Shown: in pieces, positions 50,760 to 64,000 of the stretch | Layout of the letters: every line of letters starts with the position of its first letter | Numbering within the stretch: position 1 is the first letter of the stretch | Origin: Octopus sinensis | Taxonomy: Eukaryota | DNA length: 64,000 nucleotides | NCBI RefSeq assembly: GCF_006345805.1 | Contig: NC_042999.1 | Span: 157,666,001 to 157,730,000 of the forward strand | Reading direction: 5' to 3' | The notes under the pieces: generated by a model | Seen by the model: the letters and a program-made list of their open reading frames with translations, nothing else | The model's database searches: none | What the model was told of the DNA's origin: nothing | Position numbers and translations under genes: made by a program

Positions 50760-52703
50760 TGTGATATAAAATAAATTTAATAAAATAAATAGTCAGGAAA
50801 AAAGTATTAAACCTTACGTTTCACATAACTTCACAAAAACCCTACAGGTTACCAAATTTCAGATATTATTTTGGTGATAACAGCTCTCAAAGCTGTTGCA
50901 GTATATCAGAATACAATATTGCGTTAACGTGTTGCGAAGTCATGATATCTTATTAAAAAAAGTATTTATATATAAAGACGAATATCTCATTAATGTTACA
51001 ACAATATATCAACTTATGATATTCCTTCGACTCTGGAGATATAAATCAAAAACTAGATATCTTACCAATAATATAGCTGTACATCGATTCCTCATATTCT
51101 TAGCAAAACAGTAGTATATATAATTTCGATACTTGTACGATTCAATAGGCAACGATCATAATTCTCCCCAAATGGTGTACGCTATTAACTTTGTAATACA
51201 AATGGCAGTGACAGCTCTTTAAAGTGATATGCAAGGGAAAAGTTTGCCAGCCTAAGGTCAAAACTGAGCCTGGTTAAAAAAGCAAAGAACATAAAACTAT
51301 TGCAGTTTAAACCTTAGTTTAGAGTCCTATCAATCGGCTCAGTTCACCGAGTCATCTGTATCAGATGCAAAATGTGGTTACAACTACGGACAGAATTCGA
51401 TGGCTGTGCTTTTGTTATGTATTTTTATTCATCTTTTATCATTCTTCACATGATGACTACATGAGTTAGGTCGCGTCATGCTACGAGTTTCGTTAGGAAA
51501 ATAATTCGATGACTCCTGTTCCTTTTCCTGGTATGTTTAGACGTTTGCTTCATTGTTAAAAGTTCTGCTTTTGTTGTTACTCATTTTAATAATTCTGCTT
51601 AATACTAACACCCACTGCTCATGCAGTAAACTGGACCAATGAGGGAGAAAAGCTTTTGTCGGTCAACAAACTCCCGGATTAATTAATACCAGCATCAGTT
51701 ACCTGTCAAGTAACACAGCAAAAATAACGAAAATCATTGGTTAATGAATTTGAAAATCGATCCTTAATTACAGTGAATGGAAATGGTGCGAAAGCTTAAT
51801 TAATAACAAGCTGTGATTGTTTAACCACGAGCTTGAGTACATTTATTATAAAAGGCATTCAAATCATGAACCTTCTTCGTCTTTGCTCCTCGGGATTTGT
51901 GAATTCCAGACAATATTATCGGATGTATTGTTTCTTAACCCGCCGGTGGTGCAGTGGGGTATCTCATATCCCAGGTGATGTTTATATCTTACATTTGGCA
52001 GTAGTGATAGTGCTATCCGTCCATGTAATTTCTTGGAACACTCCACTGAGTTAATCCACAACTCCACTCAGTTACTTGCTGAGTGATGAGAAGTGTACAC
52101 ACGTGTCATTTGTGTCCGGGGTTGTGCATATCCCACCATACCATCCACTGTACTATTTATTTTTTTGTTTTCTTTTCTTTATTATTGTTTATTTTACTCA
52201 TTTTTATATCTGAGAGGCTGATTATTTCTCGCATAAAATTATATATATTATTGTCAATTGACCAACAATTTTTTTTGGCTGTGGATCTAATTTGTTTCAT
52301 TCACAAAATCAGCCGAATTTAATTTTGTTCAGATTGTTTTCAAATCTGGTGTATCGATGCAGTTCTGAATGGTGATTACGCTCAACTAATTACTTTATCT
52401 CGTAAAGTAAGAATCTGATGTTATTTGGAATCAAAGTTTGGAAAATTTGGGTAATTTTAGCCAATCAACAGACAGCGAGGCATTAACAGCTAGTTATCAT
52501 GATAACCGCACGTTGTGTTGATTCTTCACACAACGAGATTCACTTCACCAGCACGTTTTGTTTGTGTATATCACTGGTTTTTTGTAATTTTTCTGAAAAA
52601 TTTATATTTATCAATTAGAATTTTATTGTAGATATTTTTCGTCCATTGTCCTAGTATTTTACATTTTTTCATATATTGTTGATAATATATTTTACATATA
52701 TTA

Positions 52704-52874
52704 GGCGTAGGAGTGGCCGTGTGGTAAGTAGCTTGCTAACCAACCACATGGTTGCATGTTCAGTCCCACTGCGTGGCATCTTGGGCAAGTGTCTTCTGCT
52801 ATAGCCCCGGGCCAACCAATGCCTTGTGAGTGGATTTGGTAGACGGAAACTGAAAGAAGCCTGTCGTATATATG

Positions 52875-52920
<46 letters not shown>

Positions 52921-53122
52921 TCTGTGTTTGTCCCCCTAGCATTGCTTGACAACCGATGCTGGTGTGTTTACGTCCCCGTCACTTAGCGGTTCGGCAAAAG
53001 AGACCGATAGAATAAGTACTGGGCTTACAAAGAATAAGTCCCGGGGTCGATTTGATCGACTAGAGGCGGTGCTCCAGCATGGCCGCAGTTAAATGTCTGA
53101 AACAAGTAAAAGAGTAAAGAGT
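52704..53122 (+). mobile_element. SINE A
   Basis: Full-length match. Confidence 0.9.
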
Positions 53123-53245
53123 AATGAGAGCATATTTCGCGACGTTTTTCTATGGCGCAGTTCCAGTCCCATCCATCAAGAGATCACGTTCCTGTAGAAG
53201 AAGCCTGTTTGACCAGCAGAAGCCGAATGCCACTCAAAGAAAGGA

Positions 53246-53746
53246 TTGTTGATCAGTAACATTGCAGAAGGATTGAAAAGCGTCTTGAACGAATTCCACC
53301 TGTGGGGCGCAATCTCAATGATTATTGCTGATACGACGAGTGTGAATACAGGACGAACGAGTGGGGTAGTGGTTAAATTGCAGAGAATGTTCTTTAGCAA
53401 AAGCTATGACAAGTCACAATTCGTGAGCTGCCAACACCATGTCTTGGACAGAATCCTGTACACTGTTATGGATGAGGAGCTAGCAGGCGCAAGCAATTCA
53501 CCCAACATCGAATATTTTCTTGTCAAAGAACTCATGACAAGTTATGAAGAACTCCAAAACTCCTTCCAGGATGGAACTCATGTCATTGAATATCAAGTTG
53601 GTTGGAGAGATGATAAGAAGTTTCTGTTCCACTTAACATGTGCCTTCAAGTTCTTCCATGAAAAAGGAGAAATACCTTTCATCAAGTTTCAAAATATTCC
53701 GATCATTCAGAACTGCATCGATACACCAAATTGGGAAATAATCTGA
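53246..53746 (+). pseudogene. DDE transposase fragment, hAT-like
   Basis: 166-codon open segment with DTTSVNTG...GVVVKL...CQHHVLDRIL (second catalytic D plus a C-x-H-H motif). No termini seen. Confidence 0.65.
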
Positions 53747-53807
53747 GCAAAATTAAAGGGGGCTGATTTTGTGAAAGAAATAAACTAGATTTTTTTGTTG
53801 TTATTAG

Positions 53808-54460
53808 ATGCAGAGACAACCTTCGATTACATTGACATAAAAGAAAAGGATTAATATTGGCCATTAATAAGATAAACGCGAATTCAGCAACGGCTCCTGA
53901 TGGTTTTCCCAGTTATTCTCAAAGACATAGAAGAAAGCTCTCACAAGACCACTGCAGGTACATTTCCCGAGTTTCCTCGCATGTGACAAATTTTCCAGGA
54001 CTTTAAAAGAAGGTAATCCCGTGTCCTTTCCACATAAGAAAGAACTGCCTTGCACAGCTACCACAGCATTATGAACCGTTCAAATGTGGATGTGATGTAT
54101 CTTAAAGTTTGCCAAGTCCTTCGACAAAGTCGATTTTAGGATGATATATCACAAACTGAGAGGCCTTCGTATCACTGGAAAACTAGGGGAGTGGCAGCAC
54201 AACTTTTTAAAAGATAGGAGTGTGATAATCGCAGTCTATGGTACTCTCTTCGAAGAGACATCAATTTTCAGCGTAGTCCCTCAGTGAACTATACTGGGAC
54301 CATTACCTTTTGTGGTGGTTCTCTAAAGCATGTTTCAGTCATACTGTCAGTCAATCTTACCAGCTATGCTGTTGATCTAAAAGTATCACGAACAGTCAAG
54401 GACCCTGGTGATACCACAATACGACAGAAAAACCTGAAAGCAATATACAAGTTTTTTTTT
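53808..54460 (+). repeat. 653-bp duplicate of 48074-48725 (CR1 RT relic)
   Basis: Near-identical and shares the same disabling stop. Confidence 0.92.
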
Positions 54461-55321
54461 GCAAGGCCTTTGACAGATGATATGTCACAAACTGAGAGGC
54501 CTTCGTATCTGAATGCCATAAAAGTGAGAAATCTTTCCTTTCAGATTCACAATGGATTACGAGAGACAAATGGAAAAATTGAGAGATGGTTGAGAGAGAA
54601 TTTGACATAGGAAAATCAGGATCATCTCTTGATGAAGAATCAAATGAAGAAGAATATGAAGAGGAAGAGGAAGGAGAGTATAACCCGAGGAGGAAACAAC
54701 AGAAGAAGAAAAAATGACAGATGAAGAGGGAGGAACTGAAGTAGATAGCATGTTGCAGACTTCACCTGAAGATCTTTTAGAAGAAACAGATGAAGCTAAT
54801 AATGAAGATGAACAGCAGAGAAAATAGGAACCCAAATAGGTTGGATTTTGGCAATCAAAATATATTTTAGCTACATCTGGATGTGTGTAGCTTCTTTTTT
54901 GATGACATTTTCATGTATTATTTACAAAAAAAAGAAAGAAAAAATAGAAACTGCACGTATAACTTAGAAGCAGCGCTGCGGATGTGCCAACACACACGGG
55001 CTTGAGACATGGTCGCCCTCGCGCACTTCTCATGAGGAATTCCAGAAGGAGCTTCGTAAGACCACTGCAGAGACGCTTCCGGAAAAAAATTCAGTAACTG
55101 TTGGAAAACCGATTGTAGCAGTGACTCGAACAATTCCTAGCGATATCTGAAGAAGGAAATTTTGTATCCCGAAATATTTTTATTATATCAGACTATGGAT
55201 AATTAAATTATAACAGTTATTAAAGTCCATTGTTGTTACTGTAGTGCGTTGTTGCGCCATTCAAGACACATTATTTTTTACAAACAATACACAATGCTTC
55301 AAGCGAACTACGATACTCTCC

Positions 55322-55354
<33 letters not shown>

Positions 55355-55483
55355 ATGTGTGCATGTATATATATATATATATATACATATATATGATATA
55401 TATATATGAATGAATGTATACATATATGTATACATATATATATATACCTACATATATATTATATATATATATGTACATATATA

Positions 55484-55562
<79 letters not shown>

Positions 55563-55574
55563 ATATACATATAT

Positions 55575-55623
<49 letters not shown>

Positions 55624-56122
55624 AACATATATGTGTGTGTGTGTGTATGTGTGTGTGAATATGTGTGTATATGGATGTGTCCGTGCGTGAGCGTGTGTTT
55701 GTGTATATAAATATAAAAAGGTGCGTCGACATATTTTCTTCTACACCAAGCGCAAAACGATTCCATTCGATAAACAGATTTGAATTTATAAAGTAAGAAT
55801 CAAATAATGAGTTTGCTATAATCAACAACATTCTCCAAAGGCCATGAGCTTGAATTATAAAATATCTGTTTCGATCTGTTAAGCTGGTATATTTTTGACA
55901 AATTCCATTGCTCAATATATGACGTTGGTCTCTCGTAGGTACCATTTGTATAGTAGAAATGAACTCATTAGTACATGATAACTAAACACTCATTCCTATA
56001 AAAGAGCTATAACTCTTTAAAATGGCGAATTATATCAAATAAAAGGAATCCTAACATCTAAGACCATAAAAACATAATACAGTGAGACTGCGAAGCTATT
56101 AGAAATTACGATATTTATACCT

Positions 56123-56423
56123 AGGTGCATGGCTTAATTATTAGGGTATTTGGCTCGCGATTCTAAGGCCGTGTGGTCGATTCCCTGCTGCGCAGATGTG
56201 TTTCCCGTTGATTCAGTCCACTAAATCGTCAAAAACGAATGGTACCTGTATTACAAAGGTCAGCCTTGTTACGCTTTGTGTCGCGTTCAGTTTCCCCGAG
56301 AGCTACGTTATAGGTACGCGTGTCTGTAAAATGCTCTGCCACTTGCACATTAATTTCACGAGCAGGCTGTTCTGTTGATCGAATCAACTGGAACACTCAT
56401 CTTTGTAACCGAGGGAGTGCCAG
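56123..56423 (+). mobile_element. SINE family C-like (3' module type 2, diverged)
   Basis: TAATTTCACGAGCAGGCTGTT...GTAACCGAGGGAGTGC tail. Confidence 0.65.
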
Positions 56424-57734
56424 AGCAGGCCAAGCCAAGCCAAGCAGAAGTGGGCTCATCCAGTGTACAAGGACTCATCACTAATGACTTCTATTGGTCT
56501 TGAATAAATTCAGGAAACAGTTCACTGCAGTAACTTTTCACGGTCTGCAATGCTGGGTAGTTTCTGTTGCAGAATGTTGTGACCTACTCTGTGGAAAGCT
56601 TTATTAAAGACAAAATAAATGACATCGGTGGAGGAACCCCTTTCCAGAGCATTTAGAATTCCATCAAAGTGATGCAGAAGCTGCTCTTTATGCAGCCTCT
56701 GCCATTAGGAAAACCGTGCCTGTTAGAATATCAGGAAACAACTTTTTTTCCGGAAGGTAATTACTTTTGATCTCATAAAAAGCGCAAATATAATAGAAAG
56801 GTTTATCATATCATCTTTCATTCGTCGTTTTGAATATATTTATTGCTTCTTTTTATTTTTTGCAAGAGATTTTATCAAAAAGTTGTGTGTTCAAACATGA
56901 AATCTATTTGTATTTTAGTCGTGTCATGTTAGTCGATATTTTGTCAGCTGAAAAACACTTATCACAGTTGTGTTCTCTGTTCGTTTTTTTATTTTTATTT
57001 CGCTTGATATAACGATCAGAACCTTACCTAATGAATTCATTGATTTCTGTTGAATGATGAAACCCTTTGATGATAATGATATTCAGATAAGCAATTCAGT
57101 AATTAACTGTACAGAGATCAGATTTGTTTCAAAATTTCACTGAAATTCATTTTTAATTTCTTGAAATACTTTCTCCTATTCTTGGATAGTCGCTGACAGG
57201 TACCGCACGCTTTAATTTGGTTTCTCCTACTAACAATCTAATTTCAATTTACTGAAAATGCTATTTTCCTTAGTTCATACTTTTTTGTAACTGTATACAG
57301 TATATGTATAAATCAATTAGCTTAAAAACATTGATTACCATTTTAGAAGTTTAAAACTATCTTCGGACACAAGTAAAATATATTGCTTAAGCCAAAACTG
57401 ACTATTAGATTCATGTCCGGGCAAACAGGCAACTGTTTGCCAGAAAGGGTGAATAACTGAATCAACATGGCGTATATTGATTTCTTACATAGGCATATGG
57501 GGATGGAACAGTCAATTGTTTCGCCTCCAGTATTTCACAAGTACTTCATTTTTTTTAGAACCAGCAAGGATGAAAAGCGAAGTCAACATTAGCAAGATTA
57601 TTAAGGGTTTAATACTGCAATATATTTTGTCAGATACTCACACGACTCTGTTACTCTATTATTTTATCGACCACAAAATGTCTGAAGGCGACGTTTATTC
57701 TAACGAGATTTGAACTTAGAATAATGAGGGACAT

Positions 57735-58135
57735 TAAACATTGATTTCACGTTTTGGTACAAGGCCAGCAATTCCAGGGGATGGATAGGTCAATTAGATT
57801 GACCCCAGTGCTTAACTGGTGCTTATTTTATCGTTTTATCGACCCCGAAAGAATGAGAGGCAAAGTCGACCTCGGAGAAATTAGAACTCAGAACCGGACG
57901 AAATGCCGATAAATATTTTGACCGGTGTGCTAATGATTCTGCCATCTCGTCGCCAGAGGGACATTAAATATTCTTTTCTACTCTAGGCACAAGACCCGAA
58001 ATTTTTGGGGAGGGGCCAGTCGAATAGATCTACCCCAGTACGCAACTGGTACTTAATTTATCGACCCCGAAAGGATGAAAGGCAAAGTCGACCTCGGTGG
58101 AATTTGAAGTCAGAACGTAAAAACAGACGAAGGAA
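57735..58135 (-). mobile_element. Two adjacent SINE B' copies (about 57735-57955 and 57975-58135)
   Basis: GGCAAAGTCGACCTCGG...GAACTCAGAAC occurs twice. Confidence 0.75.
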
Positions 58136-59299
58136 GATTAAATATTGTAAAAAAGATAGTCCAGCGTTTATCATTTCTGCTTTAGATACTTTTACATTGG
58201 CAAATGTACAATTTTTGTAGCTGAGCGGGGTTTGATTAAATAGACATATCCATGAATGTGGAAAAAAAAATGATTCTAAAGACTCATTCTTCGGTTACAC
58301 TATTTGGATGATAATAACGATTTCTTACTTTAGTCCAGAGCGAATAAAAAAAAAAATTGGGGAGGTGCATAAATTTTCATGTCATGTGAACTACTTTTAT
58401 AGACTCTGGAGGGCAAGTAAACGCAAGCTGGATTTGACCACAGAACGCAAAGAGATGTGAAATGACTTGATACAACAAGGCATATAATCTTGTTAAATAC
58501 AGTTTCCCCTTCTTTCCCATCGTTTTGCAATCAATTATAAGCCCAAATCTAATATATTCTAGATTCCTGAGAGAAATTCTCGTAATATTTTTATTTTATA
58601 TTAATACTATAATTCAAATTTTATTTTCAATAATTTAGACTAAACTAAAAAATGTATATTTGCTGTGAAACTAAATTAAATTTAAATCATAATGTTGTAG
58701 AGTTACGTGGATAGATTTCCATTGAGAAAACGACAGCTTTTAATAGAAATTTAGGAATAGAGTTCAGAATCATGTGGATTAAAAAGAAAAGAAAAAATGT
58801 TGTGACACTTTCTACTAAACATAATCGAGAAACAAGATTACTCCTGAAATGAAACGAGATTTTTAGGGATGAAAAAATCTAGTGGTGAGGGTGAAGGGTG
58901 ATAAGGATTTAAAAAGAACACACACACATACATTAGAAAACAAAACTAGATGGTGAAAAGGAAATAATTATTTAGAAAAGTGACATTATGAAAATGAAGT
59001 GTATGTTGTTGAATACGAGAAAGAACGGTTCCTTTTAAAAGAGATGCAGTGTGAATTATTGATCGTACCCAAAAGAGAGCTTGCGAAATAAAAGAGGAAA
59101 ACCAAATAGAATGTGAAAATGGCATAGGAGTTAGATCATGAATAAGTGTGTCTTTGAGAAAATCGAATGCTTGGAGGAGATAAGTTTTGGTTTGTTTCTA
59201 GAGAATAGAAGAAACGGTATTTAAAGAACTGATGCACTAAAAACAAAATAACATGCATGAAATTCCTCAAAAATGAGGCATTAGATACCTCTCTCTCGT

Positions 59300-59837
<538 letters not shown>

Positions 59838-60307
59838 ACAGAAAGATGACAATGCCGTGAAAACAACATGCGGCACTCTATATTTATTGCGGAAGAATGA
59901 GTTGTCAGGAAGAGAAGGATCTGGAAAGAGTAACAATACGAGATGGACTATCTTAGAATATAATCGATTACAAGAAAAATACTATGTAATGAAGTAGAAG
60001 AGCAGATAAAACTGCGAATCCCAAAAAGTTACAGAAATCAGAATTGCACTCGTGCATAGAAAGATTTGTAAAATATATACAAACATGTATAGATTTTCCT
60101 GCGTTAACAAAAGATATGAACGTACATTGTGTAATCGGAAAATATGAGTATAAGAAATATGAGTATGAAAACGTAACAATAGATGGTATTTGACTATCGG
60201 AGAAGAAAGCATATCACAATATTATATGCAATGCTATATATTTTATTAGATTGAGAAGTTAGAAATCAGTTAAGTAAATGATAGTGACTGGACCATCGAC
60301 TATAAAA

Positions 60308-60364
<57 letters not shown>

Positions 60365-60375
60365 GAAAAAAATAT

Positions 60376-60538
60376 GAGTGTCTGTGTGGTAAGTAGCTTG
60401 CTAACCAACCACATGGTTCCGGGTTCAGTCCCACTGCGTGGCACCTTGGGCAAGTGTCTTCTGCTATAGCCTCGGGCCGACCAAAGGCTTGTGAGTGGAT
60501 TTAGTAGACGGAAACTGAAAGAAGCCTGTCGTATATAT

Positions 60539-60586
<48 letters not shown>

Positions 60587-60810
60587 ATGTGTGTGTATGT
60601 TTGTGTGTCTGTGTTTGTCCCTCTAGCATTGCTTGACAACCGATGCTGGTGTGTTTACGTCCCCGTCACTTAGCAGCTCGGCAAAAGAGACCGATAGAAT
60701 AAGTACTAAGCTTACAAAGAATAAGTCCCGGGGTCGATTTGTTCGACTAAAGGCGTTGCTCCAGCATGGCCGCAGTCAAATGACTGAAACAAGTAAAAGA
60801 GCAAAAGAGT
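60376..60810 (+). mobile_element. SINE A
   Basis: Near full-length match. Confidence 0.9.
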
Positions 60811-60898
60811 ATATATATTATATTGTGTAGAATTTGATTTAGTATTTCTAAATTGAATTCTTTTTCCTTGTAAGTTTGGATTTTATTCCTTCAAATAA

Positions 60899-60983
<85 letters not shown>

Positions 60984-61013
60984 GTACACACACACACACA
61001 CGCACAAGAATAT

Positions 61014-61672
61014 GCGCAAAAGTGGCTGGGTGGTAAGAAGCTTACTTCCCAGAGGGAGGAGCCCATGCCCTGGACAGAGGACGAAGAGTGGCCTTCGCAT
61101 GTGACTACGAAGATCATATCGGATGTCGCTATGGTCAGGGTAATGAACACCTTCTCAAAGGACATGTTTAGGTACGCCTTCTGGGGCTCCGACCTGGAGC
61201 TGGAGCATTGCCTAAGGGAAGCGTAAGCCTGGTCTGGGAGGAGAGGCTTCGTGTATAGTATTTATGTATATTATATGTAATTATTGAACTATGTTGTTGT
61301 TTGTAATGGACCGATAAGTCCCAAAATTGAAAAGTTGTAAAAGTTGTAGGAGGTTTAATATCTCGTTTTGTGTTTGGTTTTGAAGAACAATGTTTTAGAG
61401 AAGCAGAAGTCGGCGGGCGCTTTTTGTCTTCTCCTATCCTTATCATCTTTCTTTCATTATCATCATTTCATTAATGTCCTTGTCCAGCCCGCAATTCTAC
61501 TTTACTCTATGTACTGCCTTTATGGCAAATGTAATGAAATAAAGAAGCTTGCTTCCGAACCACATGGTTCCGGTTCAGTCCCACTGCGTGGCACCTTGAG
61601 CAAGTATCTTCTACTATAGCCTCGAGCCGACCAAAGCCTTGTGAGTGGATGGAAACTGAAGGAAGCCCCTCG
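61014..61672 (+). mobile_element. SINE A 5' half interrupted in its head
   Basis: GGCTGGGTGGTAAGAAGCTT...|...CCACATGGTTCCGGTTCAGTCCC. Confidence 0.8.
61050..61541 (+). mobile_element. 5'-truncated Tx1-like LINE fragment (ORF end plus 3'UTR)
   Basis: 15-bp TSD AAGAAGCTT(A/G)CTTCC at 61035-61049 and 61542-61556. Tail TGCC-TTTAT-GGCA hairpin, then AATAAAGAA. Clade assignment is inferred from the tail. Confidence 0.6.
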
Positions 61673-61684
61673 AGTATATATATA

Positions 61685-61755
<71 letters not shown>

Positions 61756-61800
61756 ATATATATATAATATATATATAATATATATATATACTATATATAT

Positions 61801-62140
61801 GGAAGGCGCATGGTTCAGTGGTTCGAGCGTCGAGCTTACGATCGTGAAGTTGTGAGCTCGAATCCCGGACCGAGCTGCGTGTTGTGTTCTTGAGCAAGAC
61901 ACTTTATTTCACGTTGCTCCAGTTCACTCAGCTGTAGAAATGAGTTGCGACGTCACTGGTGCCAAGCTGTATCAGCCCCTTTGCCTTTCCCTTGGATAAC
62001 ACTGGTGGCGTGGAGAGGGAAGGCTGGTATGCATGGGCGACTGCTGGTCTTTCAAAAATAACCTTGCCCGAACTTGTGCCTGGGAGGGTAACTTTCTAGG
62101 TGCAATCCCATGGTCTGTGTTTTGACCGAAGGTGGTCTCA
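61801..62140 (+). mobile_element. CORE/Meta-like SINE (family D)
   Basis: tRNA-like head plus TTCTTGAGCAAGACACTTTATTTCACGTTGCTCCAGTTCACTCAGCTGTAGAAATGAGT. Confidence 0.75.
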
Positions 62141-62154
62141 GAATATATATATAG

Positions 62155-62290
62155 GCGCAGGAGTGGCTTTGTGGTAAGTAGTTTGCTTCCCAACCACATG
62201 GTTTCGGGTTCAGTCCCACTGCGCGGCCATCTTGGACAAGTGTCTTCTACTATAGCCTCGGGCCAACCAAAGCCTTTGGTGGACGGAAAC

Positions 62291-62356
<66 letters not shown>

Positions 62357-62830
62357 ATGTGTGTGTGTGTGTGAGGAGCTTATTTCCAGAACTGGGCTAA
62401 GTGCATATTTGGTCGATTTCATGAAGACCATTAAAACACAATCTGCAAGCTGCTGGCTTCACTCACGTGAAATTTTTTTTCGGTCAAACTGGGATAGATG
62501 CCATATAGACAGTAGACGAATTTTAGTCTTTCAATCAAAATCAGATACATTCCAGTTGTTTCCTCAATTACTCAAAAGTCATTTCGATGCATAGATCTGG
62601 TTTTGAAAGTAAGCTCTTCAATGTATTTGTGTGTCTGTGTTTGTACCCCACCACCATCGCTTGACACCGATGTTGGTGTGTTTACGCCCCTCGTAACTTA
62701 ACGTTTCGGCAAAAGAGACCGATAGAATAAGTACTAGGCTTACATAGAAAAAGTCCTGGGTCGATTTGTTCGACTAAAGGCGGTGCTCCAGCATGGCTGC
62801 AGTGAAATGACTGAAACAAGTAAAAGAGTG
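62155..62830 (+). mobile_element. SINE A with a MITE in its microsatellite
   Basis: Both halves are recognisable. Confidence 0.8.
62373..62619. mobile_element. MITE of about 250 bp with imperfect 20-bp TIRs
   Basis: GAGGAGCTTATTTCCAGAAC versus the reverse complement of the far end, GAAGAGCTTACTTTCAAAAC. Confidence 0.5.
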
Positions 62831-62831
62831 A

Positions 62832-62869
<38 letters not shown>

Positions 62870-62928
62870 TATGTATATACATATATGTATATATATATGT
62901 ATATATATATGTATATATATATGTATAT

Positions 62929-62973
<45 letters not shown>

Positions 62974-63045
62974 TATGTATAAATATATGTATATGTATGT
63001 ATATGTATATGTATGTATATATATATGTATGTATATATATATTAT

Positions 63046-63100
<55 letters not shown>

Positions 63101-63104
63101 CTTT

Positions 63105-63292
63105 CAAATTTTGGCACAAGGTTAGTAATGTCGAGGGCGGGTGTTTCTCGATTGCATCAACTCAAGTGCTCAGCTGGTACTTACTTTATCGACCCCGAAG
63201 AGATGAAATGCATAGTCGACCTCGGTGGAATTTGAACCCAGAGCCGTACCAGCGGACGAAATGCTAACAACTCTACCAGCTTGCCGCCGGCC
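63105..63292 (-). mobile_element. SINE B' (diverged)
   Basis: GGCGGCAAGCTGGTAGAGTTGTTAGC...GGGTTCAAATTCCACCGAGGTCGAC. Confidence 0.7.
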
Positions 63293-64000
63293 AAAGGAGG
63301 GCGGCAGGGCAATCTTCACTCTGGATTCAGCTGATAGCCGGATCCGTTCTACACGTGACAGCAGGTGTTCAACATAAACCCACAAGTCACAATGCTCGGG
63401 CATTGGACTAGAGCGTGCAGAACGGTTTCGTTGCTCTCTACGCACCTCGGACAGGCTCGGCTGACGGCACTTCCGTGCCTGTAGAGTTTATCTCGAACTG
63501 GCAGCGCCTCTCGGTAACACTGCCAAATGAGTTATCCTTAGGATCCTGCCCGAAAGTCCTCAGGAACAGATTGGGGCGTTGATCCTCATCGATGCCCAGA
63601 GTTTCCTCGAGAACAGCGTCGCACTTTTTCTCTACTAACCTTCTACAGAACGCTAGAGTGGAACTACCACCGACCGCATTGCCCGCCTGGTGGAGGACTG
63701 TGAGCGCTTGACTAATCATTTATGGAACGCCATAGTGACACATCCATCGACCTCACTGCTTGATTGGCAGGGGGCAATGAGTACTTGACAGAATTTAAGT
63801 TGCCAAGCACCCTGCTTCGGTCAGCGCTTGATCCAGGACTGCAGCTCTGGCAAAGAGACGAGCTGCCGAAAAGAACGTCTAACAAACAGTGTCCACGCCT
63901 GCTCACCGCCAAGAAACGCTGGAAATGTCATTAGCCTCAGAGCATGTCTGCATATCATTAACCACGGTATGCCTATTCTTCTACCCAGTGGATTTTGACG
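63293..64000 (-). mobile_element. Tx1/L1-like ORF2 C-terminal region (CCHC zinc finger), frameshifted
   Basis: CPRCVESNETVLHALVQCP, followed in another frame by DLWVYVEHLLSRV. Confidence 0.8.

Noticed and set aside
54510-55300. Acidic tract and RGRP-containing frames as a piggyBac transposase
   Set aside because: No catalytic motif or TTAA-bounded termini could be identified.

Overview
AT-rich, microsatellite-laden animal genomic DNA. The SINE families look like those of Octopus, an inference from recall with no database search. No prokaryotic features were found. One protein-coding gene is supported: a minus-strand tetraspanin (TSPAN1/TSPAN18-like layout), missed by the ORF track as a gene. 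It has four phase-0 coding exons at 40018-40080, 33915-34130, 4541-4615 and 3469-3579 (155 aa: TM1-EC1-TM2-TM3 and the start of the large extracellular loop), separated by introns of 5.9, 29.3 and 0.96 kb. The CCG and TM4 exons must lie left of the window, and at least one non-coding 5' exon lies right of 40170. The rest is mostly transposon debris: several modular tRNA-derived SINE families, Tx1/L1-like, CR1, RTE-like and RLE-type LINE relics, Penelope-derived pieces, non-autonomous Helentron-like elements, MITEs and a hAT-like transposase fragment. Most notable: (1) several type I hammerhead ribozymes with self-complementary stem-III loops in Penelope-derived fold-backs, two with intact cores on the tetraspanin pre-mRNA strand; (2) Tx1-like LINEs inserted, with 15-16 bp duplications, into the A-box region of SINE heads, one of them in a SINE lineage whose sister subfamily shares the LINE 3' tail; (3) a spacer-less palindrome of about 2.2 kb; (4) a 72-bp templated insertion and a 650-bp local duplication. 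Repeat boundaries were read by eye and are approximate unless a TSD is quoted.
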